Below the pieces are notes generated by a model. That model did no database searches and was not told the origin of the DNA. It saw nothing but the letters and a program-made list of their open reading frames with translations. A DNA stretch of 64,000 bases from Octopus sinensis. Lineage: Eukaryota. The stretch covers positions 14,322,001 through 14,386,000 of the forward strand of contig NC_043010.1 of assembly GCF_006345805.1 (NCBI RefSeq), in the 5' to 3' direction. Both the position numbers and the translations under genes were made by a program. This document shows, in pieces, positions 61,367 through 64,000 of this stretch. Position 1 is the stretch's first letter. Each line of letters opens with the position of its first letter.

Positions 61367-61836
61367 TTCCGGAATATTTATATTACACATGCCCAGAATG
61401 CTCATGTTAATTCTGCAGTGGGTAATCTAGCTGATTTGAACAACTGAATCCTCATCGCCAAAGAACAGATCCATCGCCACCACATGGAGAGAAATAATTG
61501 TAAATGCTTAGAGGACGTTCTCTTTGAATGTCTGTTTAGGACGAGATTCATATTACGACACCTGCATGGCTTCTGTTGGCTTGGTTATATTTCTCCCATC
61601 TCGGCACTGTCTCAAAAGATCATCTTGCCATTCAGGACACCATATCGTCTTTCCAATTATTAAATAGCTGGAAATGAAGACAAATGAGAGTATTCTTTTT
61701 ACTCTGTTGCCCCCACCCCCACCCTGCCAATTAAACATTTCTACTAAATATCAAAGCAGCTTCTATGTGGTCACTTAACTTGCAAGTAATGGCAATTACA
61801 TCCCTCTCGCACATATCAAACCCGACCATCTTTAAA

Positions 61837-62150
61837 CCCTTTAATGTTCAGGTTACTCTGTTAAATGCAATACTTTTTCACTCAAGTTGTTTTGAATTAA
61901 TCATGCATTATCTCATAGCTTGAAATCTCAATGATGTACTCTTTTACTCTCTTTACTTGTTTCAGTCATTTGACTGCGGCCATGCTGGAGCACCGCCTTT
62001 AGTTGAGCAAATCGACCCTGGGACTTATTCTTTTTGTAAGCCCAGTACTTATTCTATCGGTCTCTTTTGCCGAACCGCTAAGTAACGGGGACGTAAACAC
62101 AACAGCATCGGTTGTCAAGCAATGCTAGAGGGACAAACACAGACACACAA

Positions 62151-62181
<31 letters not shown>

Positions 62182-62473
62182 CATATATACGACAGGCTTC
62201 TTTCAGTGTCCGTCTACCAAATCCACTCACAAGGCATTGGTCGGCCCGGGGCTATAGCAGAAGACACTTGCCCAAGATGTCACGCAGTGGGACTGAACCC
62301 GGAACCATGTGGCTGGTTAGCAAGCTACTTACCACACAGCCACTCCTGCGCCTATGTGAATATTTATTTTTAGAATGTCAATGTAGGTTAGGTGCGAGAG
62401 GCTAGATATGGCCAGTTGAAATGTAAAACACAGAATATTTGGGCCGGATGTGGCCCGTTTAAACACTAAAGGG
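61837..62473. mobile_element. piggyBac-like MITE, subfamily 2, split by a family A SINE
   Basis: Halves at 61837-61937 and 62355-62473 together resemble 49344-49595. Confidence 0.65.
61938..62354 (-). mobile_element. Family A SINE, full length
   Basis: Reverse match. Confidence 0.9.
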
Positions 62474-63622
62474 CTAAACATGGGCATGTTAGATAACGCA
62501 GTTCTAGTTGCATTTGGGGTGGGGTGGGTGCGGGGGTTGGAGAGGGAGGACAGGGTGGTCATAGGTCTATAGTGCTATGTGACACTCCCTCCTAATTGTT
62601 GTCTGGAGTTTCACCTGCTGCTGAATCTAGTCTGTATTTCCTCATTTCTGTGAGTCATTGTTGTTTGTCAGTCAGCCAGTCATCTTCACTTGTAAATATT
62701 ATGGCCCGGGGAGAGAGAAAGAGCAAGCGCTGGAGTGTCCTTCAATTTTGGCTTGTATAAACATTAGATTGTGTTTTCTCTCATTGCTGTTCTTACCTTC
62801 GTTTGGACCTTAGATTCAAAGTTTTTTTATTTTGTGAAGATTAAAAAACATACCATTTTTTGGGGGGGGAAATTTTAGGCTTTATGATGTAATGCTTGTG
62901 TATCCTGTATATATGTGTGTGTGTGTATAACCTGTTACTAATTCTCTATTGTATATGTATTTGTTACACAAACACCAGTTTTTACAACCACTTTTGAATA
63001 TCCTGTTATACACCAAATTCTACCACACACACACACACACTCTCTCTCTCTCTCTGTCGCTCGCACACACTTTACATTGTTAGCTTAAGTCCGCTTTGCT
63101 TTTCATACTCCAGGATCAATAAAATAAGTCCTGGTATTGATGTAACTGGCTTGACCTTAAAAGGCAGTGCAATAGCATGGCAACAGCCCAATGGCCAAAC
63201 CCACTGAATACTCATACTCAATAAAATTTGTTTTCATTGTGTTTATTACAAAATTTGAATTGTTATTTTAAACTCCTATGTTACTTATGGCCCATCCTAT
63301 TTAAATTACATTTTTCCTCATTGTTAATTTGATCTCCAGAGTATTTTTTTTTTTTATATAATTCACTATGTTTCAGTTGGTTTAATTTCCAATCACCATG
63401 TGTCTGATTCCTTGATGTGTGTGTAACTCTTACGTTAGATTTAATCCAGAAACTTCTATTGCTTAATTAAAGATAGTTCTTACCCAAGCAGTCACCAGTG
63501 TGTACAGTCTGGGATTATATCCATATACACATTCAGGAATGAGACTTGATAATGGTTGTAAATGAAACTGATTGAAATATGTGGATCTAAGCATACACAC
63601 ACATGGACACGCACGCGTGCGC

Positions 63623-63785
63623 GACGGGCTTCTTTCAGTTTCCGTCTACCAAATCCACTCACAAGGCTTTGGTCGGCCCGAGGCTATAGTAGAAGACACT
63701 TGCCCAAGGTGCCACGCAGTGGTACTGAACCCGGAACCATGTGGTTGGTAAGCAAGCTACTTACCACACAGCCAATCCTACGCCT
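63623..63785 (-). mobile_element. Family A SINE 5' half
   Basis: Head and CORE-like region only. Confidence 0.85.
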
Positions 63786-64000
63786 ATGCAGATAAGAAAA
63801 ATTCAAAGAATTGTATAAGACAAATGCTCACTCTGTGTGTATGTATATTTGTGTATACACCATAAGTATGCACACACATGTATGTTTATATGTGTACATG
63901 TTTACATTCCTGTGTACATGTGTAATATATAGTTTATAGATTAGAGACAGGTATTCTTCGTAGAGAATTCACTTTGTAGTGCTCAAGAAATTTAAACTTG

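Noticed and set aside
61537-61668. Minus-strand exon candidate YLIIGKTIWCPEWQDDLLRQCRDG...
   Set aside because: Good acceptor but weak donor (GTGTCG), no recognisable homology and no phase-compatible partner exon found.

Overview
AT-rich, repeat-saturated eukaryotic DNA that looks intronic or intergenic. The SINE inventory and heavy (TA)n/(TG)n load suggest a coleoid cephalopod, probably Octopus (inference, no database search). No host protein-coding gene could be identified; almost all long ORFs in the track are artefacts of microsatellites or SINEs. A large share of the window is mobile DNA: about 30 copies or fragments of a CORE-like tRNA SINE (family A), four more SINE families (B-E), CR1 and RTE LINE fragments, hAT, piggyBac-like and Tc1/mariner MITEs, and non-autonomous Helitrons. 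Family labels A-F are mine. Main observations: (1) a full-length U6 snRNA copy fused to a SINE body in place of its tRNA head and bounded by one target-site duplication (3775-4051); (2) Penelope-type minimal hammerhead ribozyme motifs, one intact in a short repeat (30872-30909) and one in the tail of a tRNA-headed SINE (57050-57310); (3) a homogeneous 10 x 109 bp array apparently built from a SINE head and body (51912-53001); (4) a fold-back hAT MITE with two left ends (8943-9258); (5) a 179-bp near-identical local duplication attached to a SINE tail (31426-31604 / 37659-37837). Together they suggest extensive swapping of Pol III heads, bodies and tails among small retroelements. Coordinates were read by eye and element boundaries may be off by a few bases.
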